From positions 248,001 through 312,000 of the forward strand of contig NW_025766692.1 of assembly GCF_003918875.1 (NCBI RefSeq): a DNA stretch of 64,000 nucleotides, read 5' to 3'. Of the stretch, positions 1 to 13,644 are shown in pieces (the stretch's first letter is position 1; the number at the start of each line of letters is the position of its first letter). Below the pieces are notes generated by a model. The model made no database searches. It was not told the origin of the DNA and was given only the letters and a program-made list of their open reading frames with translations. The stretch comes from Haliotis rubra (Eukaryota). The position numbers and the translations under genes are program-made.

Positions 1-2999
1 GAGTGCAAATAAATATTTTTTAGATTAGCGTAGGAAATAATTTGTTGTGATGACTTGATGCTCTTATTTATCCATGCTTTTTGATGCGACATTTGTGATA
101 AATATTATTATTAAAGATATTAAGTCATCACTGGACACTATTTCATTAGGTGATCTGAAATATCGTTGACTTGCATTCCAACTTAATGCGTGATGTATGT
201 ATTATTGAAACCATTTTGGAGTGTGTTTTAAAAAATATTTGCAACTACTTTTTAAACTCTAATGTATTGTATAAGCTCTTTAGATCTATTAATTGAGAAT
301 TTGGACATAAAATATGTTCTGTCATTAAGTGGTTATTCCATGGAAAGGCGAGGGATAAATCCATTACTCAAGGATACTCTTATTATAAGTCATGTTTCAG
401 CCATATTACGGCCTTAAATATTACACTGAATCCGTTCGTTTAATTTTGAAATTAGCCGTAATTATTTTGTGCGATCATCATTTATTTATCCTACATCATA
501 GATAATCAAATCTTCCTCAGGGAACAACTAGCGATGGATCAATCTCAGACTGGCTGATTTTTCACACTTGGATGATGAAAGTGATTATCAAACATTTGCC
601 CGCCCTGAAGAGCGGTAGTTTAATTTGTCCTGCTTGGTAAGGGCCATACATATGCTAAGTGTTGTTGTTGAAATACATTTTCCACTGAATTGAGTGCTTC
701 AAAACCGAAGACGGTTTCAGTACTGTTCATTTACACATCAAATACCATAACAATATTGCAATGATCGATTGCATTTCACAAATTGTCATTCCAAGAATAA
801 AAAAGCACGGCTCCTAAGCTGGAAAATGATAGGTTTAAGTATGATTAAATGATTACACATGTAACTGGAATGGTCCCAGGTTTTTGCCTTACAAGGTTGA
901 GATTTTCACCACTGGCATCCCAAAACCATGATTAGCCTGAAACATCCTTTTGATTTATTGATTCTTCGGAATCCCAGCTAGTCCATTGGCAGTGTAGAAG
1001 TCTTTTTGATTGCACTGTTTGGTTGTAGGCTTAAGCCAGTCTCGTCTTTACATGCGTTTCAGTAAACATTGATCAGAGCATTCCCGTTCGTAAATTTCAT
1101 CTCACAAGCCATTTATGGCTTGTTGGATACGGAGACGTCAATTGGATTCTGATGTGGTATACAAAAAGCGTAAATTTGGGAGAGTACTAATCCCAGCTAT
1201 ACTGATATGTTCTCTGTAGTCACGGATCTCTCGACAAAAGCGTGAATTGACAGTTTGACCGAGGCGTTAATCTCTCCGATCTTGATTTGTTTGCTAGTTT
1301 CAGCCTGGTTTGACTCGTGCTTGCACTCTGTACCTAATTCCCATGTGGTCGTAAACGCGTCCCCTAAACGAGGCAATGGAATATTTCTCATAGTCAATCA
1401 GTACTAAGACCCGATTCTCCGTCCAATCAAACTGCAATTCATTCTGGGGATCTAAGGGTTCTTGTCAAAGTGGAAGTGCCGAGATGTGCGCACAAACGTC
1501 TTGGTTATCACTCCATCACAGTTCAAGAGAGATAACTCTCCCTTTTGTGCCTGGCTTCGCTTGATGTGCATTACCACCTCCACTCGTCAGTAGATTGCAT
1601 CTATTTCTGATCGAAGGATCATTAGGATGAAATCATCACTGATACTTATCCAATAGTCTCTGTTGATCTGGTTGCCATGGATATGCATTGTGGGCCTTTA
1701 GTTAATGCCCAGATGTACAATACTGAATGTTATGACATATTAGCCCTCGTCTGCTGGGCAATAAAACTAGGAAGTACTCATTACCGTTGCAACTGTTAAA
1801 GAGGTCCTACATTTGCTGTGTTTTCATGGTGAATTATGTTGATAAATGTGGGATTTATGATGCCATAATGCATGGTTAGTCCCTGATAATGTTGTAGAAT
1901 CTGTACAAGGGATATTTCCTGGCATTAGAAGAGTGAGTGAGTTAGTTTTACGCCGTTTATATTCCAGCAATAACATGGCGGGGGACACCAGAACTTGACT
2001 TCACACATTGATGTGGGGAATCGAACCTGGGTCTTAAGTGTGACAAGCAAACGCTTTAACCACTAGGCTACCCCACCACCACCCTGGCATTAGAAGAAAT
2101 ACATCCAATTGTTATATCAAAAGCAACAGTGAATTTTAGCCAATGGTCGTTTGTCCTTGAAGTCTCAACAGACAGGTCATATTTGTCTGATGGGTCACTG
2201 GGAAAACTTAAGAATATGAAAATATCAAGATTTCTTTTGTTTGATGAAGCCTCTGTTTTGTTAGTCATTGGCAACACTACACTGGACCATCAAAGACTTC
2301 CCTGAAGTGAATTTAATTCAATTAGCAATGAGCGTACTTTCGAGGGGAAATGGATTTGATCAATACATCTGTCAGTGATGACACCAGGTGTTCGCAAAAG
2401 GGGTATGCATGTCCTTCCCTACCAGAAGCACCTGCACACAACTATTTCCATAAAGTGATCACTATACGGCTGAAATAACACTGATGTGACGTTAAAGTTT
2501 AACTCACACATAAAACATGTTTCTTGCCTGATGCCATCAGCAGCAGTCCTGTTTTAGATACCACACAATGTTCTAATAATTAATTTATACTGGCCTAATG
2601 ATGCACGCAGAAATAGTGTTTAGGAAAATAGTTCTCATCCCTCTGCAATAATATTGGTATTTGTTTGGAAAATGGGTTTACCGATTAACAACTGCGACAG
2701 TATTTACACTGCGAAACAAATAATCATTGCTCTCTAAGCAGATCTATTTGTGTGAATTATGAAAGCCATCAGAGAATAAGCGAACAAATTACTTTTGTTC
2801 CCCTTCACTCACCGCACAAGAGGAAACACTTCTCATTTACACAGCTATCAGTTTTTTAGGATAGTAGGATTAACAATACACTAAGTCCAAGCCAATGTCC
2901 TGTACTTTCATTGTTAGTGATAAACTCGATAATAAAAGTCACGTTTTCTAAACAAATAATTCTACGCACGATGTCGTTTACAGTACTAATCCAATGAAA

Positions 3000-3700
3000 T
3001 TCCACCAACATGATGGCGGAGCTCTCATTAATAACCTCTGACTAATGAACAGAGTAAGCTCGCGACATAATCCCTGGCCAAATATCTGCTTTGAACGCGG
3101 ACTGCGTCGTCATGGCAGGAGAGTGCGGAGATTGATCCGAGTGTGTTTTACCCTCCTGTGGCCTGTCATAGCTTATTTGGTCATTATCAAATTTCATGCT
3201 GCAAAAAACTATGTGGTCACAGTTTGTCACGCTGCTCAAATGCATAGTCTTGTCCCTAATAACAACGAATTGATCCAAATGCACCAATATTACTGTCAGT
3301 AATTACTCGTCGTTGGTGATGTATGGCACTACTGGGGAGGGGGGGGAGGAAAAACTTTTAAGAAAAATTCAATTTTATGTTAGAAAAGTGGTTGTGTCCA
3401 AACTATGTAGTGTTAGAAACTGGTCTGCCTCGAGACTTTCAGCTCTAGAGTACAGACAGAGCAAGATATATTTGAAATGTCGAATTCCTTCTTTTGTGCT
3501 TCAATTTACTGGTCTGCTTCGACGGTAACTAGCTCAGGAGTACCGTTATTGTATTAAAGGCCTCTTAATCAATGGGTTAGGTTCACACGAGGACTAAAAC
3601 ACATAGATTAACAGAAATCTGGCGCCATCTTGAAAGACTTTTCTCAGCTTCCCTCAGCACCAAGGGATTATGGGAAGTATTCCCTGCTATCTAATTGCTT
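3000..3700. promoter_or_regulatory. CpG-enriched putative promoter
   Basis: YY1-type CAAGATGGCGCC on the - strand (3621-3632); ZNF143/SBS-like TTCCCATAATCC on the - strand (3665-3676); local CpG enrichment. Confidence 0.45.
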
Positions 3701-4825
3701 GTACCAAGTAAACTCTATCACTCACTGGATTAAAACTAGTTTGGAAATTTTGAAGCTTTGAAAAAAAAAAAGGAATATATTCTACTCAAAATTTGCTAAG
3801 GACTAGTCATGTTTAAGCAAAAGAGTGGTTCTACGCAAATGTTGAGCTATATGTTATCAAACATGTGGTTATGTTTTTTAAGCAGACGTTCTGGTAGCTA
3901 TGGAAATGATGGAATGTGCCACTGAATACGGAGTGTAATGGTTGGTTGTCTTTTTGTTTAACACTATATGGCAGCAGTCTGTAAATAATCTGGACCAGAC
4001 AATCTAGTGATCAACAACATGTGCATCGTTCTATGCAATTGTGATACGATGACATGTGTCAACCAAGCCGAACCCGATCCAGTTGTACGGCTTTAACGAC
4101 AAGCATGGGTTACTGAAGACCAATTCTAACCCAGATCTTCACTTGTCACAGTGTAATGGTGTTGGGGCACGCACATGGTCATCAGGGTGATATACTAGCT
4201 GATAATTTCCAGATTTTATGGAATATTTAAAAGACAAGTGTGAAATTTGTCAAGTACAGGCCGTCATATGTAAGATCCATCATTCACTGAGGATTACCAC
4301 CTGCATTCAGTGCATTGTCATGTTCTTCTTTGAGTAGGTGGCACTGGGGTAGCCCAGTGGTTAAAGTGTTTGCTCACTGCACCAGAGACTGGGTTTGATT
4401 CTTCCCATGGCTAAATTTGTGAAGCCCACTTCTTGTGACATCTATGATAATGCAAAAATGGCCTTAAAACATAAGAGTTAGTCTCTGATATGTGCCTATT
4501 AGGGGCACTTTGCAGGGTTACCTCCCTTGCTGTGCAGAGTTACCACTCTAGCTCCCACTGGTGTGGGTACAAAGTTGAGATTTAAGCCTGATTATGATGC
4601 TTGATCTCTAAGCACTTTGTCACTGAGCTTTGATCACCATTAAGCCAACACAAGATATACTGCTCAGAATAGAGTGCCTACTAATAACATGTGAAAGACG
4701 TCACTGTTTCAGTGGTGTGGGATTGGTCCAGAGTCCATTGCTTAAAGGTCACTATAAAATACAGTAAAGTATACTTATAATGAACATACAGTATAACAAA
4801 CTTGTTTTTTGCTCCAGCCTCATGC

Positions 4826-4995
4826 GGGGCGGTGGGGTAGCCTAGTGGTTAAAGCGTTGGTTCGTCACGCTGTAGACCCGGGTTCGAATCCCCACATGGG
4901 TACAATGTGTGAAGCCCACTTCTGGTGTCCCCCGCTGTGATGTTGCTGAAATATTGCTAAAAGCGGCGTAAAACCCAACTCCAGTCAGTCAGTCC
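4826..4995 (+). mobile_element. Short tRNA-derived SINE (family A), representative copy
   Basis: A/B boxes (GGGGTAGCCTAGTGG, GGTTCGAATCCC) and tail GCTGGAATATTGCTAAAAGCGGCGTAAAAC plus tetranucleotide repeats. Other copies at about 1933-2080, 5105-5255, 9594-9757, 13261-13426, 22037-22190, 26203-26362, 27410-27575, 37076-37240, 50452-50587, 53259-53425, 55405-55563, 56214-56375, 61947-62120 and 62735-62903. Confidence 0.9.
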
Positions 4996-5080
4996 AGCCA
5001 CATGCTGTATGTTTAAGTTGAAGTGCACATAAGAAGCTATGATTACCGGTCTCCTCAAATTCATGGTGATCGTAGTTACT

Positions 5081-5609
5081 CAGGGCTCGATTTTAAGCAT
5101 TTAGAGTGAGTGAATTTAGTCTTGCAATATTCCAGCAATATCACGGTGGGGGACACCAGAAATGGGCTTCACACGTTGGGACCCATGTGGGGAATCGAAC
5201 CCGGGTCTTCGGCATCACAAGCGAACGATTTAACCACTAGGCTACCACACTGCCCTTTCAAACATTTAGAACTTTGTGCAACCTGAAACTGCAAAATGCA
5301 ACCCAGTGGATGTTAATATTTTGCTTTCCAAAGACTTCAGCTGGGATTCTGATGAAGACCTGGCTTGGAGCATTGAGTGTGATGATTACAGTGATGGAAT
5401 AACTTACTGGTCATGTCATGAAAGTTTTTGAAGCAAGATAAAATGACCTATCAAACCCTGAATAATATTATCATGATGTTCTAAATAAACAACACAATGT
5501 AATTATATGTAATTAATGTAACCTGCCTTTTTTTTGTCTGGTGCAACAAGGTTATTACCGGAGGTTGCACCAAGTGCAAGCAGGTTTCATCTCCTTATTT
5601 CCGGCCCTG
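5081..5609. mobile_element. Non-autonomous DNA transposon, hAT5-like (5-bp TSD)
   Basis: CAGGGC...GCCCTG termini, TSD TTACT; contains a nested SINE. Confidence 0.7.
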
Positions 5610-7074
5610 TTACTGTAGCATACTACTGAGTGCAGCATTAATCCATGAACAGAGCTGATATCTTGTTTTAAGTTTTTCCTTTAGTATTTACAAACTGTCA
5701 TCATATGGCTGGATCATCATATACGTCCTAACTGTGGAACAAGAAGACAAAGTCATCAATATCCCCCGCAATGGCAAAATACTTTTCATGATTATGTCTA
5801 CGAGTTATGACTATGTCAAATATTTAGGTGTGTATATAGAAAAGTGGAAGGAGAGTATTGAAAGGTTCTTAAAGTTCTGCTCCAGAAAGCAGCACAACCA
5901 CCAATTTCAATCAACGTCGAACTTGTTGCCATTGAAACGCCAAAAATATTTAATTCAGAATTCCCAAACTACCAAAAGGCACCAGTACACCACCAGATCC
6001 ATGTATGTGCCAAGTTTGGTGAAGAAATATTGAACGGTTTCAGAGTTCTGCTCGAAAAAGCACTACCATAATTTCAGCAACGCCGAACTTGTTGCCATTG
6101 AAACGCCAAAAATATTTAATTCAGAATTCCCAAACTCAGTACACCACCAGATCCATGTGCCAAGTTTTAATACCCCTGCGAAAAAAACGGACGGACGGAT
6201 GGGGATAACAAAACCCGCTATGGGGATAACAGTACTCATGCTATTGATCAATGGATTGTCTGATACAGACTTGATTACTTACGCCGCCATATAACAGGAA
6301 TATTGCTGAGTGTGGCAAACAACAAACCAACCAACATATGGCTAGAATGTTGCTTGCTGAGGGAGACAGCAATATTCACTCCACTGGGCATGTTGAGGGA
6401 TGGCTTTATTAATGTATTGCACCAGATCGTCTCTCCCCTATGACTGGACACAAAGGAGCTGTTCACAGCACAGGATAGTCCACTATTGTCCTGCATCAGT
6501 TCATTGCAAGTGGACCAAATTGAATTGACCATAATTAGCCAAAATGTCAGGAGTAGATTGCAAATATTCATCAGCAGACCAAATGAAAGTAATTCTCCAT
6601 GCGCCATTTCAAGTCTTTTAACATTGCTTCCTTGAGGTCATCCGGTCTGTGAACTTGAACTGATATCATGTATTGTCTTGTTACATCTGACGTTATTAGT
6701 TGTCGGTGCACTGGTATTCCCAAGAAAGTGTAAAAAAAAAAAGTGGTCATAGGCATCGACTGATCATGACCTTCACGTTTCATGTTTGTAGGTTCATATG
6801 CTGTTCTTTTTTTAGATTGATTGATTGATTAAGCTATTCCAATCAACCAATTGCTTTCTCATTCTTTGATCGACGTTCTAGAAGCTGATGAGTCATTAAT
6901 AAAGCATACTTTATGGATAACTTTTTGTTTATTGCATAGAGCGACCTTTTGGTGTAGATTCTTACACTGTTTTCAAGTTAAAAGTCTTATGCTGTATTAT
7001 ATTTTTTCATCACATATATTCCTCCTTTCTGATAGTGGGGTAGACTAGTGGTTAAAGTGTTCCCTTGTCATGCC

Positions 7075-7398
7075 AGCGTCCGCCCGGAGAGCGGAAGGTC
7101 GCAGGTTCGATCCCCGACCGCGTCATACCAAAAGACGTTAAAATATGGTACTCATTGGTCCCTGCCTGGCGCTCGGCATTAATGGGTACAACAAGGACTG
7201 GTCGGCTCAGAGTCAGTATAATGTGTCTGAGTGGGGTATTCATGCTTCACTGCAGCATGGTATCTCAGTGGGCTAGCACTATAAAACCAGCTTCAGTCTG
7301 GGCTAGTACAAGCAGCCGCACATACACATACACACGCATGCACGTCGTCATATGAGCGAAATATTCTCAAGCACGACGATAAACCCAATTTCACCTCA
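7075..7398 (+). mobile_element. 5'-truncated Meta-SINE nested in a family A SINE
   Basis: TSD CCTTGTCATGCC at 7063-7074 and 7399-7410. Confidence 0.85.
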
Positions 7399-8044
7399 CC
7401 TTGTCATGCCTGACCAGGGTTTGATTTCTCTGAGTGCAATGTGTGGTGAAAAATCGTTTTTGTTGTCCCCAATGTAAAATTGTTGAAACAGAAGACACGG
7501 CTCCACCCACGCAGCTCAAATGTGTAGGACCAGATAGAATCTGGTCCCAAGAGCCTAAAGCATGTGTGGGCAAGTTAGAGGAATATTGTGCAATAGTTGC
7601 AGTTCGGTGCACTGCAGCTGTAGACGAGAAGACAATATAGCCTCTTTTGTAACAGAGGTCAATGTTTGCTCGTTGCTTGTGTGTTAATGTTGCAATGTCA
7701 GCAAAGAAGGGGAGCCTGTTTCCAGGTGGTCCTTAGTCACAGGGTGGTCCATAGCAGCTCATTGCAGTTCTCTACCTAGTGATTCATACTCAATATTTGA
7801 TCCATATTTTGTCAGCAATGAAAACAAAATTTGAGAAGTTTGAAGAAATATGTTCTGTGAAGGAAAACTGCATTTGCACATTTGTGAAGGAAAGCTGCAT
7901 TTGCACATATGTGAAATCATCTTGCATTTTTTGATGTTATGGCATTTTTTAATGCAAAAAGATAACATTTTTATAATATTTTCATAAAACTTTTCAAATA
8001 ACTTTTATTTTATGTTATGCACAGTTACTTTTTTCCATCAGTAT

Positions 8045-8637
8045 CAGGCCTAGCAAAGAAAACTTTGCCACTGTGCAGAAAAACACAGAAAAGCCCACAT
8101 TAATCGTGGAAATAGCAACATAAACATAATAGGTCGCCACTGAAACAGTAAAATCGGCAACTTTAAATCACTAAAACTGCATAAAAAAATGAAGAGCCTG
8201 CAACTTCGATTTTGCGCATGGGGAAGTCTCGACTGCATGTTGACATTTTCCAGCTTGGTCAAAAGTTACATTTTCTTTTTAAGTATTTCTGTTGTGTTAA
8301 TTGGCATTTATCATCATGATACTTGTGTGCACACTTGTTTAGTTTACTTTCCATTCATATGAAATGATTGACAGTTATTATTTAGACATATTTAATACTT
8401 TTTCTACGCGAGGCGATCCACGGTTGCTCGGAAATTAGAAAGAAGCGCGGATTGTAATGCGCATGCGCAGTAGAGGTCAAAGTTCGTTTATATAAAAATG
8501 TTGCAGTTTCACAGTCTTTCGTTGCCGTTTTTACTGTTTCAGTAGCGAGGTATTATGTTTATGTTGCTATTTTCACGATTAATGTGGGCTTTTCTTCGTT
8601 TTTCTGCACAGTGGGAAAGTTTACTTTGGTAGGCCTG
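8045..8637. mobile_element. MITE with long imperfect TIRs, hAT5-like
   Basis: CAGGCCTA...TAGGCCTG, TIRs over 100 bp, TSD AGTAT. Confidence 0.8.
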
Positions 8638-9423
8638 AGTATAGATCGTTGAATGCAGAATTTCTGTGGAAGATTTTATCACAATATTTGAAAACCTGGA
8701 GTCTTCATGAAAACAATGGCTGACATGCAGGCCCAGTTAATTGTTTCACTTACAAAACCTCAATGTGAGAGGGTTTTAGTTTGCCAGCTAAGTTAATCTT
8801 TAAACTGAATTGCTGGAAATAATTCATGTGAGGCACATCAAGCAACATTCATACTTATCACCAAATGCATGTACATATTTTAAGGGACCCCTGAAGATGC
8901 AGGTTAAAATTTGTCTTCATATACTCATGGTTTGTCAAATGAGATGGGGCAGTCAGGATTACTGACTTGTTTGACACATGTCATCGTATCCCAGTTTTGT
9001 AGATCGAATTTCATGATCTCAGTCACTGAATTGTCTGGTCCAGATTTCATTATTTACAGACTGCCGTCATAGGAGGAATATTGCTGAGTGAAACATTAAA
9101 TATCAAATAAACAGCCAAAAAATCTATTTTAAGTTGTGATCGACTAATGTCAAGATATTTCAGTTTCTCAATGTCAAACGATACCAGGCTTTCACAGATC
9201 AACATGGTGATCAACAGCAACTTGTTAATTTATTGAAACCAGCTGAATGTATGTGTATGTTATCCACAAGATGATGTTTATTTTGTGTTTCGAGTGTCAT
9301 GGTAAACAATAGATTCACCTGACTGATATGAGACTGTATTACTACCATTGCCTGACTGTGATATGAGACTGTATTACTACCATTGCCTGACTGTGATATG
9401 AGACTGTATTTCTACCTCTGCAG

Positions 9424-9518
9424 GTCACGTGGGAGCTGAGACGTTGTGGACCACATTGAGAGGGGAATCAGAGTCAAAACTCCTCAGAGAAGATGGAAGA
9501 TTTCCTCACGTCCTCAAG
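9424..9518 (+). CDS. TSGA13: TSGA13-like protein, internal exon A (upstream coding exon not located)
   Basis: ctctgcag|GT...AAG|gtaatt; 95 nt, phase 1 to 0; (G)HVGAETLWTTLRGESESKLLREDGRFPHVLK joins in frame to the next exon. Confidence 0.6.
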
Positions 9519-10899
9519 GTAATTATCTAAATGTTATAAACATTTATACACTGGCTGTACTCATGACACAGTTTGATATACACATCTAGGGGGAGTGAGT
9601 GAGCAAGTAAGGTTATACACCACTTTCTGCAATATTCCAGGAATATCATGACCAGGGACACCAGAAATGGGCTTCACACATTGTACCCATGAGGGAAATC
9701 GAACCAGGGTCTGAGGCTTGACAAACGAACACTTTAACCACTAGGCTACCCCACCTCCAATAAAAGCATCTATAGTACGCTTCTGCTCACAATCTTTACT
9801 TGTTTAGCATCTCAGCTTAGCCACAGCAGCTCACAAGCTTTTGTGAAGGTTTTAAGTCAGGATCTGTCAATTTGCCCAACACTGAGAATATAGTGTTCAG
9901 CACTTGTGTTCATATATATTTTTCTGTGACAAACTATTTAACCTCATCATCACCATGAATAAACTCCACACACAGTAGTGCATGCACTGTGTGGATTCTT
10001 GTAGGTGGGAGCTCATTGAGATAACGGCAGCCAGCAGAGGCTGCCTTTCACCAAGGTCGACCTCTGTTCTCAGAGCTGTGTCGGACAACAGCCCCAGGCA
10101 GTAATGGAACATTTTTTCAATGAACTTCTAACAAGCAAAACCAGGCGTTCCACAAACCACCACATAAAGTCAATAAACAGAAGCGTTATGAACATCTGGT
10201 ATGATGTACTAAAATATTTACACATAAGCAATGAAAACACTACACATGAATAACTAAACACGTCTTTCTAAAGATGAACGTGTCAACGAATGTCCAAGCT
10301 TATCCTAAGGAAGTTGTGCTCTGAATAGCATTGTAAATCCTTAGGATATTGCCTCCTTCAGAAATCTTGTCAGTTTGCATTTCCGCTACAATGATCAATA
10401 CTTGTCAGTCAACGTCAGATGTTAAACGATTATCATTGGTTTTTGGAATCCATTCCATCATGAATGATGATGGTGATGATGATTGACCCAGTTTTCTCCC
10501 CTTGAGAATTCTCCATCTTTGGGATAACGCCTCCAGCATTGTCTTTTCCAGCAGATCGGTCATTGACCTCGCTGGATTTGGGCCTCGGGAATGAAGAAAG
10601 ATTATATTTCAGTTCAAATCAAAGAAATTTGGGTCCCTTTTATTGAAAAGAATTGGCAATCCAAAAAGTATTTAATCTGTGGAGTGGAGTGATTCCTGTT
10701 TGGAGAATTACAGAACTAATCAATTCCGGTTGAACAGATTTTGTGAGCAGGCTAATACAAATACTGAAGACGAATCACCCTGTCGTCCATTTTCCTGAGT
10801 GAAGTATGGGGCTGGTGTAGGGAGTGCCAGTTGCAGACTGCTTAACTCACATCACATCAGGTCTATATCAACAAGGTTCAAGTGTAGTAGTATACAACA

Positions 10900-11610
10900 C
10901 TAATGCAGCCAATCATTGTGAAGCAGACTCCCTAGCTGCATCCTACTTCAGGGTAGCTGATCGTAGACTCCCCAACTGCATCTTACTTCAGGGTAGCCAA
11001 TCATTGTGAAGCAGACGCCCTAACTGCATCCCACTTCAGGGTAGCTGATCGTAGACTCCCCAACTGCATCTTACTTCAGGGTAGCCAATCTGCATCTGCA
11101 TACTTCAGGGTAGCTGGGACTCCCCAACTGCATCTTACTTCAGGGTAGCCAATCATTGTGAAGCAGCCCTAACTGCATCCCACTTCAAGGTAGCTGCATC
11201 CCACTTCAGGGTAGCCAATCATTGTGAAGCAGATCCCATTGCAGGGTAGCCAATCATTGTGAAGCAGGCGCCCTAACTGCATCCCATTGCAGGGTAGCCA
11301 ATCATTGTGAAAGCTAAGCATCCCACTTCTAACTGCATCCCATTTCAGGGTAGCCAATCATTGTGAAGCAGACGCCCTAACTGCATCCCATTGCAGGGTA
11401 GCCAATCATTGTGAAGCAGACGCCCTAACTGCATCCCATTGCAGGGTAGCCAATCTTTGTGAAGCAGACGCCCTAACTGCATCCCACTGCAAGGTGGCCA
11501 ATCCTTGTGAAGCAGACTCCCTAGCTGCATCCCACTTCAGGGTGGCCAATCCTTGTGAAGCAGACTCCCTAGCTGCATCCCACTTCAGGGTGGCCAATCC
11601 TTGAGAAGTA
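10900..11610. repeat. 48-bp minisatellite
   Basis: Unit GCAGACGCCCTAACTGCATCCCATTGCAGGGTAGCCAATCATTGTGAA. Confidence 0.9.
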
Positions 11611-11874
11611 GAAACTTCCCAACTTCATCCACCATATGTGTTTAGCCATCTTTATGCCCCATTGAAAGCATTGCAACTGATATTGTCTACTTTAAAAGAT
11701 CTATACATGCATGTAATCCTTTAATGTGAAATCAGTGTTAATATTCCGATGCTCCTGTGAGTGCTTATTCTCAGCAAGCCAGTTGTGTAATATTATAATA
11801 AAGTGACATTAAGCCGACACCGTTCTCCCGTTCTTGTCTGCATGTTCACTAATGTATGCGTTTTGTGTGTGCAG

Positions 11875-11955
11875 GATGCGTACAGCGCCTTTGTGCGGGA
11901 GTCACTCACCCTGGGCCAGAAGCCAGTAACACGGAACTACACTGCCACGGATGAT
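11875..11955 (+). CDS. TSGA13: TSGA13-like protein, exon B
   Basis: gtgcag|GAT...GAT|gtatgt; 81 nt; DAYSAFVRESLTLGQKPVTRNYTATDD; GC-rich codon usage. Confidence 0.7.
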
Positions 11956-13437
11956 GTATGTATGCTGTCACTCTACTCTGACCCCCACCAAACTCCCAAC
12001 TCCTCTAAGCACCATTACAGTGCCCTACCAACCAGCAACCCTCAACCACCCCTGACCCAACTCAAAACTCCACGTATGCTCCCCTACTTGCCAACTCCAC
12101 GTCCCTCTATGAGCCCCGACCTATGCTCCCCTACTTGCCAACTACACGTCCCTCTATGAGCCCCCACCACTTAAGAATAAAGGAAAAACAAAAGAAGCGA
12201 TAAAGTGACAAAAAAAGCCCAACAACGTCTTGATTAATTTTTTTGTATTTAATAGGGCACCTCACAAATCATGAATGGGCGTCAAACAGGAGTAGAAATT
12301 CATGATGTAAATCAAAGTTAACTTCCTGGTCGAAGTGTTACACAACACATCAGGACATTTCAAGGCAGATATCGTGTGGTCACTGGCCCAGTGGCATAGC
12401 CAGTGTTTATTCGGAAAACAAATTTGAATTGACACCTCTTTACTTCAGGTTCTTTTAATATGTCTATGGACATGGCATATATTAACTTCAAGCCGACTAA
12501 TTGCAAGTCACCCATGAAGCTCCAGGTTAGAATTGGTATTCTGCAACCCATGCTTGTCGTAAACAGCGACAAACAGGATTAGGTGGTCAGGCTCACTGAC
12601 TTGGTTGACACACGTCATCGTATCCCAGTTCCATAGTTCATGATCACTGGATTGTCTGGTCCAGACTTGATTATTTACAGACTGCTGTCGTATAGCTGGA
12701 ATATTGCTGAGTGCGACAACAACCAACCAACCAACCACAAACCCAACTCATTGCGAGTAAGATGTCCCAATGTTATCTGGAATCACCAGCTTGGTCTGCA
12801 GAGTTGTGCCCCTTAGCTGTCAACTGATACATCTTCAACTAATCTGATAAAACAAGAAGAGCAGTCACCTCCCCCTCACATAATGACCAGGTTTTATGAT
12901 GGTTGAAATGATATAGAAATTAACAATGAAACCAATGTCCAATAGCATATTCTGTGTCTTCAAAGACGACACCTGTTTGAAAACATTTTGGCGAGTCAAT
13001 TGTATTGTTGACAATGGTATGAATAGGTCTTTGATGATGCTATCACACGTGGAGCTGCCAGGATTCCTCATTTGTGGGATCATTTGACTTGTGACGATCT
13101 TAAATACCACAGCACTGCATTTTATGTTTATTTGAAGCTTTTAAACTGTGTACTGCCCCAATCTTGTCCCCAAGACAAGCAGTAGTCAGGAACAATTCAA
13201 CATTTACTTTTGGACAACCACAATTCTGTAGACCTGATCATTTCTAGGCTGTCATGATATGGGGCAGTGGGGTAGCCTAGTGGTTAAAGTGTTCGATCAA
13301 TACGCTGAAGGCTCGGGTTCAATTCCCCACATGGGTACAATGTGTGAAGCCCATTTCTGGTGTCCCCTCGCCGTGAGATTGCTGGAATATTGCTAAAAGC
13401 GGTGTAAAACTAAACTCACTCACTCATCCTGATTCAG

Positions 13438-13644
13438 GTGCCGGACATGAAGAAGCTGCTGGACCAGAAGCTGCTGTACAACATCCGCAAGTATCGCCAC
13501 AAGACCGGCCTGATGTACCGCTCCTCCCAGGCCAACAATGATCGCACCAACATCCTCCTCTTCAACAACCCACTCCCAGACATCACCGACGGGGACAAGG
13601 ACAACATCGCCAGATACATGCCATCATGGGTGGAGAGTATGTCA
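13438..13644 (+). CDS. TSGA13: TSGA13-like protein, exon C
   Basis: ttcag|GTG...TCA|gtaagt; 207 nt; RHKTGLMYRSSQANNDRTNILLFNNPLPDITDGDKDNIARY resembles recalled human TSGA13 [43 protein letters not shown]. Confidence 0.8.

Noticed and set aside
1671-1684. RFX X-box-like GTTGCCATGGATAT as a ciliary-gene promoter element
   Set aside because: Imperfect half site; similar motifs recur inside local repeats
4826-4900. tRNA-like sequences
   Set aside because: They are SINE heads, continuing into SINE body and tail without a complete acceptor stem
9897-10830. GC-richer minus-strand ORF fragments in a TSGA13-like intron
   Set aside because: Multiple stops and no recognisable domain
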